NCBI GenBank assembly: GCA_049426285.1
Contig: JBMSYB010000004.1
Location: forward strand, 3,800 to 67,799
Reading direction: 5' to 3'
DNA length: 64,000 bases
Source: Burkholderiaceae bacterium
Lineage (GTDB): Bacteria; Pseudomonadota; Gammaproteobacteria; Burkholderiales; Burkholderiaceae_A
Part shown: piece by piece, positions 17,040 to 26,712 of the stretch
Position numbering within the stretch: position 1 is the stretch's first letter
Layout: every line of letters begins with the position of its first letter
Position numbers and translations under genes: made by a program
Notes under the pieces: model-generated
What the model was told of the DNA's origin: nothing
The model's input: the letters and a program-made list of their open reading frames with translations, nothing else
Databases searched by the model: none

Positions 17040-19124
17040 TTAGGCCATCTTCAGGTCGGGGTACCGAACCGAGGAGACCAGATCTTGTACTTCGCGCTTC
17101 GGTGCTGGTGTGATCAGCGACACGATGATGATGATGGCGAAGCCAAGCGGTACACCAAAGATACCGGCTGAGATGGCAGAGATACCCCACCACTCGTCAG
17201 GTCCAATGGGCACAGAGCGCGCCACACCATAAAACACTTCACGCATCCAAGGCTGGTTGAGTGTCATGTAGTAGAAGGTGATCGCAATACCGCCAATCAT
17301 GCCCAAGCTTGCGGCAATACCGGTGGTGCGCTTCCAGAAAATTCCCAGCACCAGGGCCGGGAAGAACCCAGCCGCCGCAAACGAGAACGCCGCACTCACC
17401 AGGAAGAGAATGTCTGCGGGCTTCTGTTGCGCTACCAAGGCCGCCAAAATGGCTACGATCAACAGCATGGTCTTGGAGATGGCTACGCGACGCGACACCG
17501 GTGCATTGGGGTCAATCATCTTGTAGTACACATCGTGGGACAAGGCATTGGCGATGGTAAGCAGCAGGCCGTCAGCGGTTGACAGCGCAGCCGCCAGGCC
17601 ACCTGCAGCCACCATGCCTGACACTACATACGGCAGGCCTGCGATCTCGGGCGTCGCCAGAACGACCACATCATTACCAATGCGAATCTCAGCGAGCTGG
17701 ACAATACCATCCTTGTTTATGTCTACGATAGACATGAGGGAGGCATCGACAGCATTCCAACGCTGGACCCAGTCAGGTAGTGCTGCAATTTGTGAGCCCA
17801 CGATATCGTTGTACATCACAAACTTTACGAGCACGGCCAACGCAGGCGCCGTGAAGTAGAGCAGGAAGATGAAGAACAATGACCATGTCACTGAGTTACG
17901 CGCCTCACGTACCGATGGCGTAGTGTAGAAACGCATCAGAATATGGGGCAGGGCAGCGGTACCCACCATAAGACAGAAGATCAGCGCCAGGAAGTTTTTC
18001 CGTGCTTTATCTTTTGCGGCCTCGTCCTTGCCAGGGAATGTCTCGGCATGGTTGCGTGGGGGGGTTGCCCTAGCAGCAAGCGCTCTTTCGCTATTAAGCC
18101 CCTTTGTGTAAGCCTCAATGTCTGCCGGAAACTTTGCTACAGCATCTTCAGCCGCTTTAACGGCGGCATCGTCTGCCTTACTGGCCTTCAGTTCTGCAAC
18201 TTTAGTCTCGAGTGCAGCTTTGTCTGCCGCGTAGGCTGCAGGCGCATCTTTAAGCTTCTCAACGGCAGCTGCAGACCGGTCTTTAAAGATCTGCCGAACC
18301 TGCTGTTCACCCGGGTCGGCATTGATCTTCTTCTCAAGCTCGGTCACCTTAACCAGTTGCTGACCATAAATGAGCTGCGGGATGGGGAAGCCGGTTTGCT
18401 TTACCGAGAGCCAGACCACCGGAATCATGTAGGCAATGATCAGGATGATGTACTGGGCCACCTGCGTCCAGGTAACGGCACGCATACCACCCAAGAACGA
18501 GCAGACCAGAATGCCAGCGAGCCCCAGGAACACTCCAAGTTCGAAGCTCACACCGGTAAGGCGGGTGGTAATGAGACCCACGCCATAGATCTGGGCTACT
18601 ACATAGGTGAAGGAGCAGAGAATGGCAATGGCTACCCCAATAAACCGGGGAATGGTGCCACCATAGCGCGCGCCCAAGAAGTCTGGAATGGTGTACTGAC
18701 CAAACTTACGCAGGAACGGCGCCAAGAACAAGGCAACAAGCACATAGCCGCCTGTCCATCCCATAATAAAGGCCAGACCACCGTACCCACCAGCATATAG
18801 ACCACCAGCCATACCAATGAACGACGCTGCGGACATCCAGTCGGCGCCGGTTGCCATTCCGTTGAAGACCGCGGGCACTCGTCGACCGGCCACATAATAG
18901 TCGTCGGCCACGTTGGTGCGGCTCATGATGCCGATACCGGCATAAAGAATGACCGTTGCGGCTAGGAAGACGTAACCAATGCCTGCCTTCGACAGCCCCA
19001 TCTGCTCGGCAATCGCCAAAAGAATGCAGAATCCAAGAAAGCCACCGGTATAAAACCCGTAGACTTTCTTAAGTTGAGCATTAAAGGCCTTTTGCGAGCC
19101 CCCTGCATCAAGTAATCCCGCCAT
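17040..19124 (-). CDS. actP: Sodium/solute symporter, ActP/VC_2705 type (acetate or monocarboxylate uptake)
   Basis: YYVAGR.VP...NGMATGADWMSAASFI, GMRAVTWTQVAQY, MVGTAALPHIL.RFYT, AAALSTADGLLL, with a long soluble insertion. Confidence 0.88.
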   Translation of the reverse strand: MAGLLDAGGSQKAFNAQLKKVYGFYTGGFLGFCILLAIAEQMGLSKAGIGYVFLAATVILYAGIGIMSRTNVADDYYVAGRRVPAVFNGMATGADWMSAASFIGMAGGLYAGGYGGLAFIMGWTGGYVLVALFLAPFLRKFGQYTIPDFLGARYGGTIPRFIGVAIAILCSFTYVVAQIYGVGLITTRLTGVSFELGVFLGLAGILVCSFLGGMRAVTWTQVAQYIILIIAYMIPVVWLSVKQTGFPIPQLIYGQQLVKVTELEKKINADPGEQQVRQIFKDRSAAAVEKLKDAPAAYAADKAALETKVAELKASKADDAAVKAAEDAVAKFPADIEAYTKGLNSERALAARATPPRNHAETFPGKDEAAKDKARKNFLALIFCLMVGTAALPHILMRFYTTPSVREARNSVTWSLFFIFLLYFTAPALAVLVKFVMYNDIVGSQIAALPDWVQRWNAVDASLMSIVDINKDGIVQLAEIRIGNDVVVLATPEIAGLPYVVSGMVAAGGLAAALSTADGLLLTIANALSHDVYYKMIDPNAPVSRRVAISKTMLLIVAILAALVAQQKPADILFLVSAAFSFAAAGFFPALVLGIFWKRTTGIAASLGMIGGIAITFYYMTLNQPWMREVFYGVARSVPIGPDEWWGISAISAGIFGVPLGFAIIIIVSLITPAPKREVQDLVSSVRYPDLKMA

Positions 19125-19126
19125 GA

Positions 19127-19390
19127 TTAATCCTCCTCAGGCTCGGCAACGCCGAACTCTTCATCTATGCGGTTCATGGAGCGGGCGTAGTACCAAATGA
19201 TCAGAACATAGACGATCAAGGCACCCTGGGCGCCCACCCAGAAAGAAAAGGGCCAGCCAAAGAAGCTAAAGCTCAGCGCTTCGGCGTAGTACCCAACAAC
19301 ATAGGTAACCACAAACCAAATCGCCAGGAGCCATGCGGTCTTCTTTAGCAACGCCCGCCAGTAGGCTAGGTGTCGTTCAGTGAGTTGCAT
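19127..19390 (-). CDS. DUF4212 small membrane subunit of the ActP-type symporter
   Basis: YW...L...WFVVTY...FFGWPFSFWVGAQGALIVY...YARSMNRID, immediately upstream of the symporter. Confidence 0.88.
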   Translation of the reverse strand: MQLTERHLAYWRALLKKTAWLLAIWFVVTYVVGYYAEALSFSFFGWPFSFWVGAQGALIVYVLIIWYYARSMNRIDEEFGVAEPEED

Positions 19391-19462
19391 TAAGTCCTCC
19401 AGTTAAAATTTTAAATTCCGGCTTGTCCCGCCGTTTCGTCAGTCAATTCGTTAAGGCACGGA

Positions 19463-20047
19463 TTACAAAAACGGATCTTTCACGCCAGCATCAATACCAG
19501 TTTCTCGTTGCAGCTGCACCGCCAGTTTGGGTTCAAAGCTACCCAGCTTGCGGGTGGTTTTTCGGTAGGCTTTTTCGTCTCCCATTTTGAACTGCAAAAC
19601 TGCCAAGTGGTAGTAGCCGTAGGGGCTCATCGGCTGCAGTTCCACAGTACGCTGCAGGGCGGCACGGGCCTCTTCGTTGCGGCCAAGGGCCATGAGCGAC
19701 AACGCCCGGCCATAGTGGGCACGATCGAGCGAGGGGTGAAACCGAATGGCCTTATCGAAGGCGTTCAGCGCCTCTTCGTGCTCGTCGCGCTTCTGAACCA
19801 AAAAACCCAGGTTAAACCAGGCAGGAGCCTGCGTGTCATCGATGAGCAGGCTCTTGCGCAAGAGCGACTCAGCCTCAGCGTTTTTGTGAGCGAGGGCGAG
19901 GTGGTTTGCGGCAGTCACGAGCATTGCCGGTTTTTGTGGTTGATACCGATGCGCACGTACCCAAAACTCTGCGGCGATATCGTTTTTGCCAAAGATACCC
20001 GCCCAGATGGCGATCTGTTTGTTATACCAGGCGGCTAGAGCGTTCAT
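19463..20047 (-). CDS. Tetratricopeptide repeat protein
   Basis: Repeated TPR motifs (AWFNLGFL, AHYGRALSL, GYYHLAVL). Start set at ATG 20047 to avoid overlap with the upstream gene. Confidence 0.8.
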   Translation of the reverse strand: MNALAAWYNKQIAIWAGIFGKNDIAAEFWVRAHRYQPQKPAMLVTAANHLALAHKNAEAESLLRKSLLIDDTQAPAWFNLGFLVQKRDEHEEALNAFDKAIRFHPSLDRAHYGRALSLMALGRNEEARAALQRTVELQPMSPYGYYHLAVLQFKMGDEKAYRKTTRKLGSFEPKLAVQLQRETGIDAGVKDPFL

Positions 20048-20075
20048 GAGAGCAGGCCGAAATGGTTTGCGAGGG

Positions 20076-20372
20076 CTATTGCGGCGCAGTCGGAAGCGCG
20101 GAGGTGACGAGAGAGGCCTTAACAATCACTAAGCCGAACCACACCCAGAAGAGCAGAAAAAACCCCACAAACGGCAAGTGTCGGTCAGCAACCTGTCTTG
20201 GGGTAATTGCGCGAACGGTACTGATTACAGGCCTACTAAGAAAGCGAAACATGAGGTAGACCGCATTGGTGTCGTGGCGACCAAAGCTCAGCAGGTATAC
20301 AAGACCCTGCCCCATGAGGAGAAGGCCAATAAATTCAGTCATGCCCTTTAACACTGACACAAGACCGATCAA
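20076..20372 (-). CDS. Small membrane protein (YggT-like, uncharacterised)
   Basis: Hydrophobic segments plus N.VY..FRFLSRP...VRAITPR.VADRH. TTG start with AGGGGG RBS. Confidence 0.65.
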   Translation of the reverse strand: MIGLVSVLKGMTEFIGLLLMGQGLVYLLSFGRHDTNAVYLMFRFLSRPVISTVRAITPRQVADRHLPFVGFFLLFWVWFGLVIVKASLVTSALPTAPQ

Positions 20373-20561
20373 TAGAATCCCCCTAAAACTTGCCTAGGCT
20401 CGAGAGCCCCGCGTTTCCCGTTGCACGGAATACCAATTATACAAACGTATACTGCCTGAACTGCACAAATGATTTACTTCAGAAAAAATTACTTTTTGTG
20501 CTTTTGAACAATACTGTGCCTTCATCCAAAAGTCTAGCTATATTCACATAGAGGAATCCCT

Positions 20562-22040
20562 GTGAGTGACGCACTGCAGCAAGACCTTACTGAACTCAGC
20601 CTAGAGACCCCCATTGCAGAGCTGGTTAAGTCTGAGCCGCTCTTATGCCTGCCCGAAACCCCCTTGCGGGCCGTTTTTGAGCGCATGCATGCCGCCCGGG
20701 TCGGGTCGATTGTGGTGGTCAATACCTTTATGGAACCCGTTGGCATTCTCACCCGCTACGACCTGATCAGCAGAATTATCCTACCAGGCAAGGATCTCAC
20801 GGCCCCCGTCTCTGATGTGATGAGCCGCGATGTCATCTGCGCACCTGCCCATTGGTCGGTAATGGAGGCCACCCTCTGTATGGCCACCCACGGCATTCGC
20901 CATGTTCCGGTGGTGGCAGAGGGCAAGCTCAAGGGCGTGATCTCGGAGAGCGATCTGGTGCGCCACCAACGCGAGAGCCTACGCAGTCTCTCAGCCATGG
21001 TGCAGCGTGCCAGTGACCTGCCTTCTCTTGCCAAGGTAAGTGCCAGTATTCGGCAGCTGGCCCAGCGGCTTCTGCAGGAAGGGCTTGCCGCTACTGCGGT
21101 GGCCCGGCTGGTAAGCCACCTGAACGACGCGATGACCAAGCGCGCCATTGAGATCGTCTCCGCACAGGACCCTAATCTGGTTGAAGGCCTTCCCGACTGG
21201 AGCTGGCTTGCCCTGGGTTCCGAAGGCCGCGAGGAGCAGACCATTGCCACCGACCAGGATAATGCGATTGTCTTTGTAGCCGATGCAGGTGCGGCTGATC
21301 AGATCCGGCCCCGGTTTCTTGCGCTGGCCGACAAGGTAAACGATGCCCTGGCCGCGATTGGCTTTCCTTTGTGTAAGGGCGGCGTAATGGCCAGGCACGA
21401 GAAGTGGTGTCGCAGCCTTGAGGAATGGAAAGAGGCTATGGCCGACTGGTTTCGCAGGCCCACGCCCGAGAAGCTCTTAGATGCCCATACCTTCCTCGAC
21501 TTTCGGGCCCTCACGGGCAGCCTGGCGCTTGGCGAAACGCTTCGTGACTGGGTTACGGCAGAGGCTCCTTCTCATCCCTTATTTCTGCGTGAACTCGCCC
21601 AAGACTCTATGCGCAGCGCGGTCGGCGACCTGCCGCGCCCGGTTTTGTTCTCGGCGGTGGCGCGCTGGCTGAGACGAAAGAAGCTTCCCGGGAACTGGAT
21701 CTCCCCCGACCGTCTGGATATTAAAAAAGACGCTACGGCCCCCGTGGTGGCCTGGGCTAGGGTGCTTTCGCTGATGAACGGGATTGCGGCTACTACCACC
21801 GATGGCCGGCTTGCAGGGCTGCAGGCTGCCGGAAAAATGCAGCGCAGTGAGGGGCAGGCAATACGCGAGGCATTTGATTTGGCCCAGAAGTACCGCCTGA
21901 AGGCGCAGTTGGTAGGGTTGCAAGCCCCGAATTCGTTAATGCTTGATCCATTGAGTCTGCATGAGCTTGAGCGGCTTACGATCGCACTAGACGAACTGGC
22001 AAAGGTAAAAGATGCCGTTCGCCTGGAGTTGCGCCTCTAG
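20562..22040 (+). CDS. CBS-pair plus DUF294 nucleotidyltransferase-like protein
   Basis: Two CBS pairs (VGSIVVV, IRHVPVV), nucleotidyltransferase motif LALGSEGREEQTIATDQDNA, GFPLCKGGVMA, FLDFR, DIKK. Confidence 0.88.
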   Translation: MSDALQQDLTELSLETPIAELVKSEPLLCLPETPLRAVFERMHAARVGSIVVVNTFMEPVGILTRYDLISRIILPGKDLTAPVSDVMSRDVICAPAHWSVMEATLCMATHGIRHVPVVAEGKLKGVISESDLVRHQRESLRSLSAMVQRASDLPSLAKVSASIRQLAQRLLQEGLAATAVARLVSHLNDAMTKRAIEIVSAQDPNLVEGLPDWSWLALGSEGREEQTIATDQDNAIVFVADAGAADQIRPRFLALADKVNDALAAIGFPLCKGGVMARHEKWCRSLEEWKEAMADWFRRPTPEKLLDAHTFLDFRALTGSLALGETLRDWVTAEAPSHPLFLRELAQDSMRSAVGDLPRPVLFSAVARWLRRKKLPGNWISPDRLDIKKDATAPVVAWARVLSLMNGIAATTTDGRLAGLQAAGKMQRSEGQAIREAFDLAQKYRLKAQLVGLQAPNSLMLDPLSLHELERLTIALDELAKVKDAVRLELRL

Positions 22041-22110
22041 GGGCAAGAACCCTAAGGCGAAGGCCAAAGGCAAAGTGACCGTTGGCTCTTGATTCTTTAT
22101 CGGCTATTGG

Positions 22111-23352
22111 CTAGAGCGTTAGGTAGATCATGGCGTAGAGGGCCAAAAGCCCAATCACCCAGATCGCGGTGTAGCCGATTCCCCAGGTACGCGAGAGCAG
22201 ACCACCGATGCCTGAGTAATGGCGGGCCAAACGCTGGACTGCCGTTACCATGCCGAAGCCGGTCTGGGCAATGACATTTCTAAGACCAAAAGCAATCTGG
22301 GCGAGCGCCCTCGCAACTCGGAAGAGCCCTGTGCGCCAAAGCCAGTCGCTATCAACAAGAACCTCGGCCTTTCGCGACTCATGGTCGGTCTGCCCAGCCG
22401 ATGCGCTGGCTGCGAGAAAAAATCCCAGGGCGTAAAAACCCGGGATAAGCCACGTAATGGCCCACGCCAAGGTTTCGCTGCCACTCGCAGCCAATGCCAA
22501 GGCAAGGCCAGTGAGGCCTACCCCTATGCGGGCCATTCGTACCATCGCCGCGCGAGCAGCGATTCCGTAGACGATGGCATAGGCAATCATGACAAGGCCA
22601 AGGGCTATAAATTCTGTGGGCAGAGGCGCTAGTAAGGCATTGAGCACTATCAGGGCGGTGAGCGGAAGGGCAATGCCAAGCCAGGGGCTGCCGCTGCCTG
22701 CAATATGCCGAGCCGCATCGGGCAACACCATGGCCACAGGCCACGCACCGAGCTTGATGCAGGCCCCAGCAATCAGGGCCCACCCTCCTGGTATTTCGAC
22801 GATCGGCTGCGCGGCCGCGGAGAGCAGGTAGCTCCCGAAGCTTGCCTCGTAGCCATGCATTCCATACTTAAAAAGAAACCCACCGGTGAGCTGCAGCAAC
22901 AAAAACCGAATGCCCGCGGCACGCGCCTGCTCGGTGCCAGCCATAAAAATAAGGGCAGTAATGGTTAAGGCCAGGAGCTCCCATTGCAGAAAGATGGCAA
23001 TGAGGTCGCCAGAGAAGATCACGCCAAGGCCAAAGGCTGCTGAGAGGAGCCCCGCAACCGCTGATCGGCGGTCATTTTCATCAAGAAAGGGAGAAAGAAA
23101 TACCGCCAGTGCGGCACCAGCCAGAACAGCCCATGCTGCGGCTGACCGCGTGGCATCGTTAAAAACAAGTGCCACGGTGTACTTCATGAAGCCGACCTCA
23201 AGCAGCTGTCCAGTAGGCAAAAGGCCGACTGCCATCGCGGTTATGGCGATACCGGCAAGCCCAATCGAACGCGTGCGGCGAGTGGTTGTAACCGCCACGA
23301 GTACCGCGGTAACTATGAGCAGTAGGCTGGGAGGGAAGGCAGCAATATTCAT
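22111..23352 (-). CDS. Divergent, shortened MrpD/A-like antiporter subunit
   Basis: Keeps FPP, GDLI..F..WE, G.RFL..Q..GG, IKLG and C-terminal DSDW.WR / LSRTW, but is only 413 aa and lacks the second-half motifs. Coupled to the mrpD stop. Confidence 0.7.
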   Translation of the reverse strand: MNIAAFPPSLLLIVTAVLVAVTTTRRTRSIGLAGIAITAMAVGLLPTGQLLEVGFMKYTVALVFNDATRSAAAWAVLAGAALAVFLSPFLDENDRRSAVAGLLSAAFGLGVIFSGDLIAIFLQWELLALTITALIFMAGTEQARAAGIRFLLLQLTGGFLFKYGMHGYEASFGSYLLSAAAQPIVEIPGGWALIAGACIKLGAWPVAMVLPDAARHIAGSGSPWLGIALPLTALIVLNALLAPLPTEFIALGLVMIAYAIVYGIAARAAMVRMARIGVGLTGLALALAASGSETLAWAITWLIPGFYALGFFLAASASAGQTDHESRKAEVLVDSDWLWRTGLFRVARALAQIAFGLRNVIAQTGFGMVTAVQRLARHYSGIGGLLSRTWGIGYTAIWVIGLLALYAMIYLTL

Positions 23353-24815
23353 GGCGCACCCTGGTATATCTGCATCTCAAGCGCAATGGGAATGCCGTTG
23401 AAAAAGAAAAAGGCCAGAGTAAACAGCGCCGTGGTGCTCAGTGCCAAGACCATTGGCCAGGGCGCCTCGCGATGGTCTTTTTTTGGCGCCACATCTTCAG
23501 GCATAAGAAATGCTCTAAAGATCACAGGTAAAAAATAGGCGCAGTTCAGTAGGGTACTGGCCAGCAGAGTGAGAATCACGAGCATATTGTGGGTGTCGAG
23601 GGCCCCCCCGAGAATCCCCCATTTTGAGATCGCCCCGGCAGTGGGGGGAATGCCAATCATGCTCAAGGCCCCTATCGTGAACGCAACCATCGTAATAGGC
23701 ATTCGCCGTCCAATGCCGTTGAGCTGCCCGAGCTCGGTCTTCTTGGAGGCGACATAAATTGCGCCTGCTGCAAAAAACAGAGTTATTTTTCCAACACCAT
23801 GGGCAAAAATGTGCAGTGCCGCCCCGACCTGGGAGATCGGCGCCAAAAGCGCCGCCGCCATTACCACATAGGAGAGTTGCGCAACGGTGGAATAGGCAAG
23901 CATCCGCTTTAGGTTGGTCTGTCGTAATGCAACCACGCTGGCGGCCACGATCGTGAAGCAGGCAGCCGGAATCAGCCAGTCGGTGCCTGCCTGCGAGAAA
24001 ACATAGTTAGGGCCAAAGATGTATAGGATGACTTTGGTAACGGTAAATACCCCCGCTTTAACCACTGCTACCGCGTGCAGCAGGGCGCTTACCGGCGTAG
24101 GCGCAACCATGGCCGCCGGCAGCCAGCGATGGACGGGCATGACCGCAGCCTTGCCCACACCTAGAACAAACATCAAAAGAAGCAGGCCGACGGCAGGCCC
24201 TGCCAGATGCCCCTCAAGAATGCCGCCTGGCGTAAACGAGAGTGTTCCGGCGACGGAATAGGTAAAGATAATCGCGGGCAACAAGAGGCCAATTGAAGTG
24301 GCCAACAGGATTCCCATGTAGACACGGGCCTGCTGGATTGTCTGGGGGTCACCCTTGTGGGCAACCAGGGGATAGGTGGAGAGGGTGAGCACCTCGTAAA
24401 ACACAAAGAGCGTAAATAGGTTCTCGGCAAAGGCGATGCCTATTGCGGCGCTTAAAGCGATGGTAAAGCAGGCATAAAAGCGCGTCTGGTGTTTCTCATG
24501 GTTACCACGCATGTAGCCAATGGAATACACGGAATTGACAATCCAGAGCAGAGAGGCCAGGCACGCGAAAAGCATTCCGAGTGGCTCGATCTTAAAGGCG
24601 ATCGATAGCCCCGGCATAAGTGTGGCAAGGTGGGCCTCTGGCCGCTCTCCGGCCAGTAGCGCTGGCAGAAATGACCAGACAAGAAGCATAAGAACGCCCG
24701 CCGTAGTGAGCGTGATGGTCTCGCGGATATTGGGCCAGCGTCCGGCAATAGTAAGCAATACGCCACCCACGAGAGGTACAAAGAGAGCGAGCAAGATCTG
24801 CGTGCTTTGGCTCAT
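23349..24815 (-). CDS. mrpD: Na+/H+ antiporter subunit D (second copy)
   Basis: FVFYEVLTLSTYPLV, GKAAVMPVH.WLP.AMVAPTPVSALLHAVAVVKAG, LKRMLAYST, IGIPP. Confidence 0.88.
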   Translation of the reverse strand: MSQSTQILLALFVPLVGGVLLTIAGRWPNIRETITLTTAGVLMLLVWSFLPALLAGERPEAHLATLMPGLSIAFKIEPLGMLFACLASLLWIVNSVYSIGYMRGNHEKHQTRFYACFTIALSAAIGIAFAENLFTLFVFYEVLTLSTYPLVAHKGDPQTIQQARVYMGILLATSIGLLLPAIIFTYSVAGTLSFTPGGILEGHLAGPAVGLLLLMFVLGVGKAAVMPVHRWLPAAMVAPTPVSALLHAVAVVKAGVFTVTKVILYIFGPNYVFSQAGTDWLIPAACFTIVAASVVALRQTNLKRMLAYSTVAQLSYVVMAAALLAPISQVGAALHIFAHGVGKITLFFAAGAIYVASKKTELGQLNGIGRRMPITMVAFTIGALSMIGIPPTAGAISKWGILGGALDTHNMLVILTLLASTLLNCAYFLPVIFRAFLMPEDVAPKKDHREAPWPMVLALSTTALFTLAFFFFNGIPIALEMQIYQGAP

Positions 24816-26320
24816 CGGGAAGCTCCCAATAGCTGCTGTACCTCCATGCCGGCCAGACCAAGTGGCAGGCTTGGGTCTATGCCGAACCAGATATTGGCGA
24901 TTGCCAAAAGCCAGATCATCAGGAGCATGGGCAAGGGGGCTTCGGAGATTCGTCTAGGGGGCTCACCCTGCGGCATGCTGGCTGGTTCTTGAAAGTAGGC
25001 CACCTCAATGACCTTCCAGATATAGACCACTGCCAGAAGTGAACTGACCAGAATGAGGAAGACAACCAGATAGCCGATGCCTTCTATTTCGAGCATGGCC
25101 TGTATAAGGAACCACTTGCTCATAAAGCCAGCGGTGAGGGGAACCCCAATAAGCGAGAGCCCCGCCACACAGAACGCGGCCATGGTCCAGGGCATAGACT
25201 TGCCCGCTCCGGCAATGTCACTAATGCGCGATGAGCCATAGCGCAGAACCATGGCGCCGACCGCCATAAACAGCGCCACCTTAATGATCGCGTGATTAAA
25301 CATATGCAGAATCGCTGCGGTGGTTCCTGCGCTACTTACCAGGCTGGCACCCAGCAGAATGTAGCCGATCTGCGCCACGGAAGAATAAGCCAGCATGCGC
25401 TTGAGGTCGCGTTCGAAGACCGCTACCGTGGATCCCACCAAGAATGCCAAGATGCACAGGGGCATAAGAATGGTCGTGAAGAGCAGGGCATGGTCGCCAA
25501 GGTTTGGCTGCAGAATAAGGAAGTCAAACCGGATGAGAACGAACAGCGCCACTTTGGTTGAGCATGCAGCCAGAAACACGGTGACGATGGTTGGTGCATA
25601 GCGATAGGCATTGGGCATCCAGGCATGCATCGGAAAGAGCGCCGCCTTCAGGGCGAGCCCCAAGACGATAAATCCGCTTGCCATTAGCACCGGCGCGGTT
25701 TCCGATACCTGGGACAGGCGATCGGCCATATCGGCCATATTGAGCGTGCCGGTCATCATGTAGAGATAGCCGACCCCGATGAGGTAAAAAGTGGCACCGA
25801 TGGTTCCGGTAACCAAGTACTTAAAGGTAGCGGTAAGTGCCTGTCGGCTGGGGCCTGCCGAAACCAGCACGTAGGAGGCCAGCGCGGAGATCTCCATGAA
25901 CACGAAGACATTGAAGGCATCGCCGGTTATGGTGATTCCAACCAGACCAGCGGTGGCTAGTAGCCAACAGGCATAGAGAAGCGACTGGTGTTCCTCGCCG
26001 ACTTCATGGTTCATGCTTGCCCGACCCCAGAGCAGCGCAGCCAGTGAGGCCCCCGTAATAACCAAGAGCAGGAGCGCCGAGAATGGCCCGATAACAAGTC
26101 CGATGCCAAAGGGCACGGGCCAGTTGCCCAGTTCGTAGAGCAGAATGCCCTGGGCCATGACCTGCTGGGTTACTCCGATGGCAAGCAAGAAGCTAAAAAA
26201 GGCGGTTAAGCTCGCTACGAGCCAGGGGATTCCAGACCGACTCGGAAGGACTGCCACCAGAGGCGCCATTACGAGCGGAACCACCACCACCAGGATGGCG
26301 AAGTGCGAGGATAAGGTCAT
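24812..26320 (-). CDS. mrpD: Na+/H+ antiporter subunit D (first copy)
   Basis: DAFNVFVFMEI, LKAALFPMHAWMP, STKVA, KRMLAYSSVAQIGYI, GVPLTAGFMSKW. Confidence 0.9.
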   Translation of the reverse strand: MTLSSHFAILVVVVPLVMAPLVAVLPSRSGIPWLVASLTAFFSFLLAIGVTQQVMAQGILLYELGNWPVPFGIGLVIGPFSALLLLVITGASLAALLWGRASMNHEVGEEHQSLLYACWLLATAGLVGITITGDAFNVFVFMEISALASYVLVSAGPSRQALTATFKYLVTGTIGATFYLIGVGYLYMMTGTLNMADMADRLSQVSETAPVLMASGFIVLGLALKAALFPMHAWMPNAYRYAPTIVTVFLAACSTKVALFVLIRFDFLILQPNLGDHALLFTTILMPLCILAFLVGSTVAVFERDLKRMLAYSSVAQIGYILLGASLVSSAGTTAAILHMFNHAIIKVALFMAVGAMVLRYGSSRISDIAGAGKSMPWTMAAFCVAGLSLIGVPLTAGFMSKWFLIQAMLEIEGIGYLVVFLILVSSLLAVVYIWKVIEVAYFQEPASMPQGEPPRRISEAPLPMLLMIWLLAIANIWFGIDPSLPLGLAGMEVQQLLGASR

Positions 26321-26712
26321 GCCTCGCGGTCCATTCTCTGGGTGTCAGCCTCTTCGATTGACCCGTACTCTTCTTTGATACGAATGGCCAGCGCCAGGCC
26401 AAGGGCGGTGACCGCAATACCCACCACGATGGCTGTAAGTATAAGAACCTGAGGTATGGGGTTGGAAAAGATCTGTCCGGCTACCGGTTCGCCCTGAAAG
26501 ATGGGCCCCGTGCCACCGTCGACCTTGTCCATGCTGATATACAGAAGAAATACCGCCGACTGGAAGATGCCCAGTCCAATCATGCGCTTGACATAGTTGC
26601 CCTTCACCAGAACGGCATAGAGCCCCACGCAGAGCAGAAAGATATAGACCCAGTAGTTAAGCAGGCCCAGTACGGTGACCAGGAGGTTGCTAGTAGGAGT
26701 CACGGTTGGCAA
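26317..26712 (-). CDS. mrpC: Na+/H+ antiporter subunit C
   Basis: NYVKRMIGL and NPIPQVLILTAIVVG. Confidence 0.9.
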   Translation of the reverse strand: MPTVTPTSNLLVTVLGLLNYWVYIFLLCVGLYAVLVKGNYVKRMIGLGIFQSAVFLLYISMDKVDGGTGPIFQGEPVAGQIFSNPIPQVLILTAIVVGIAVTALGLALAIRIKEEYGSIEEADTQRMDREA

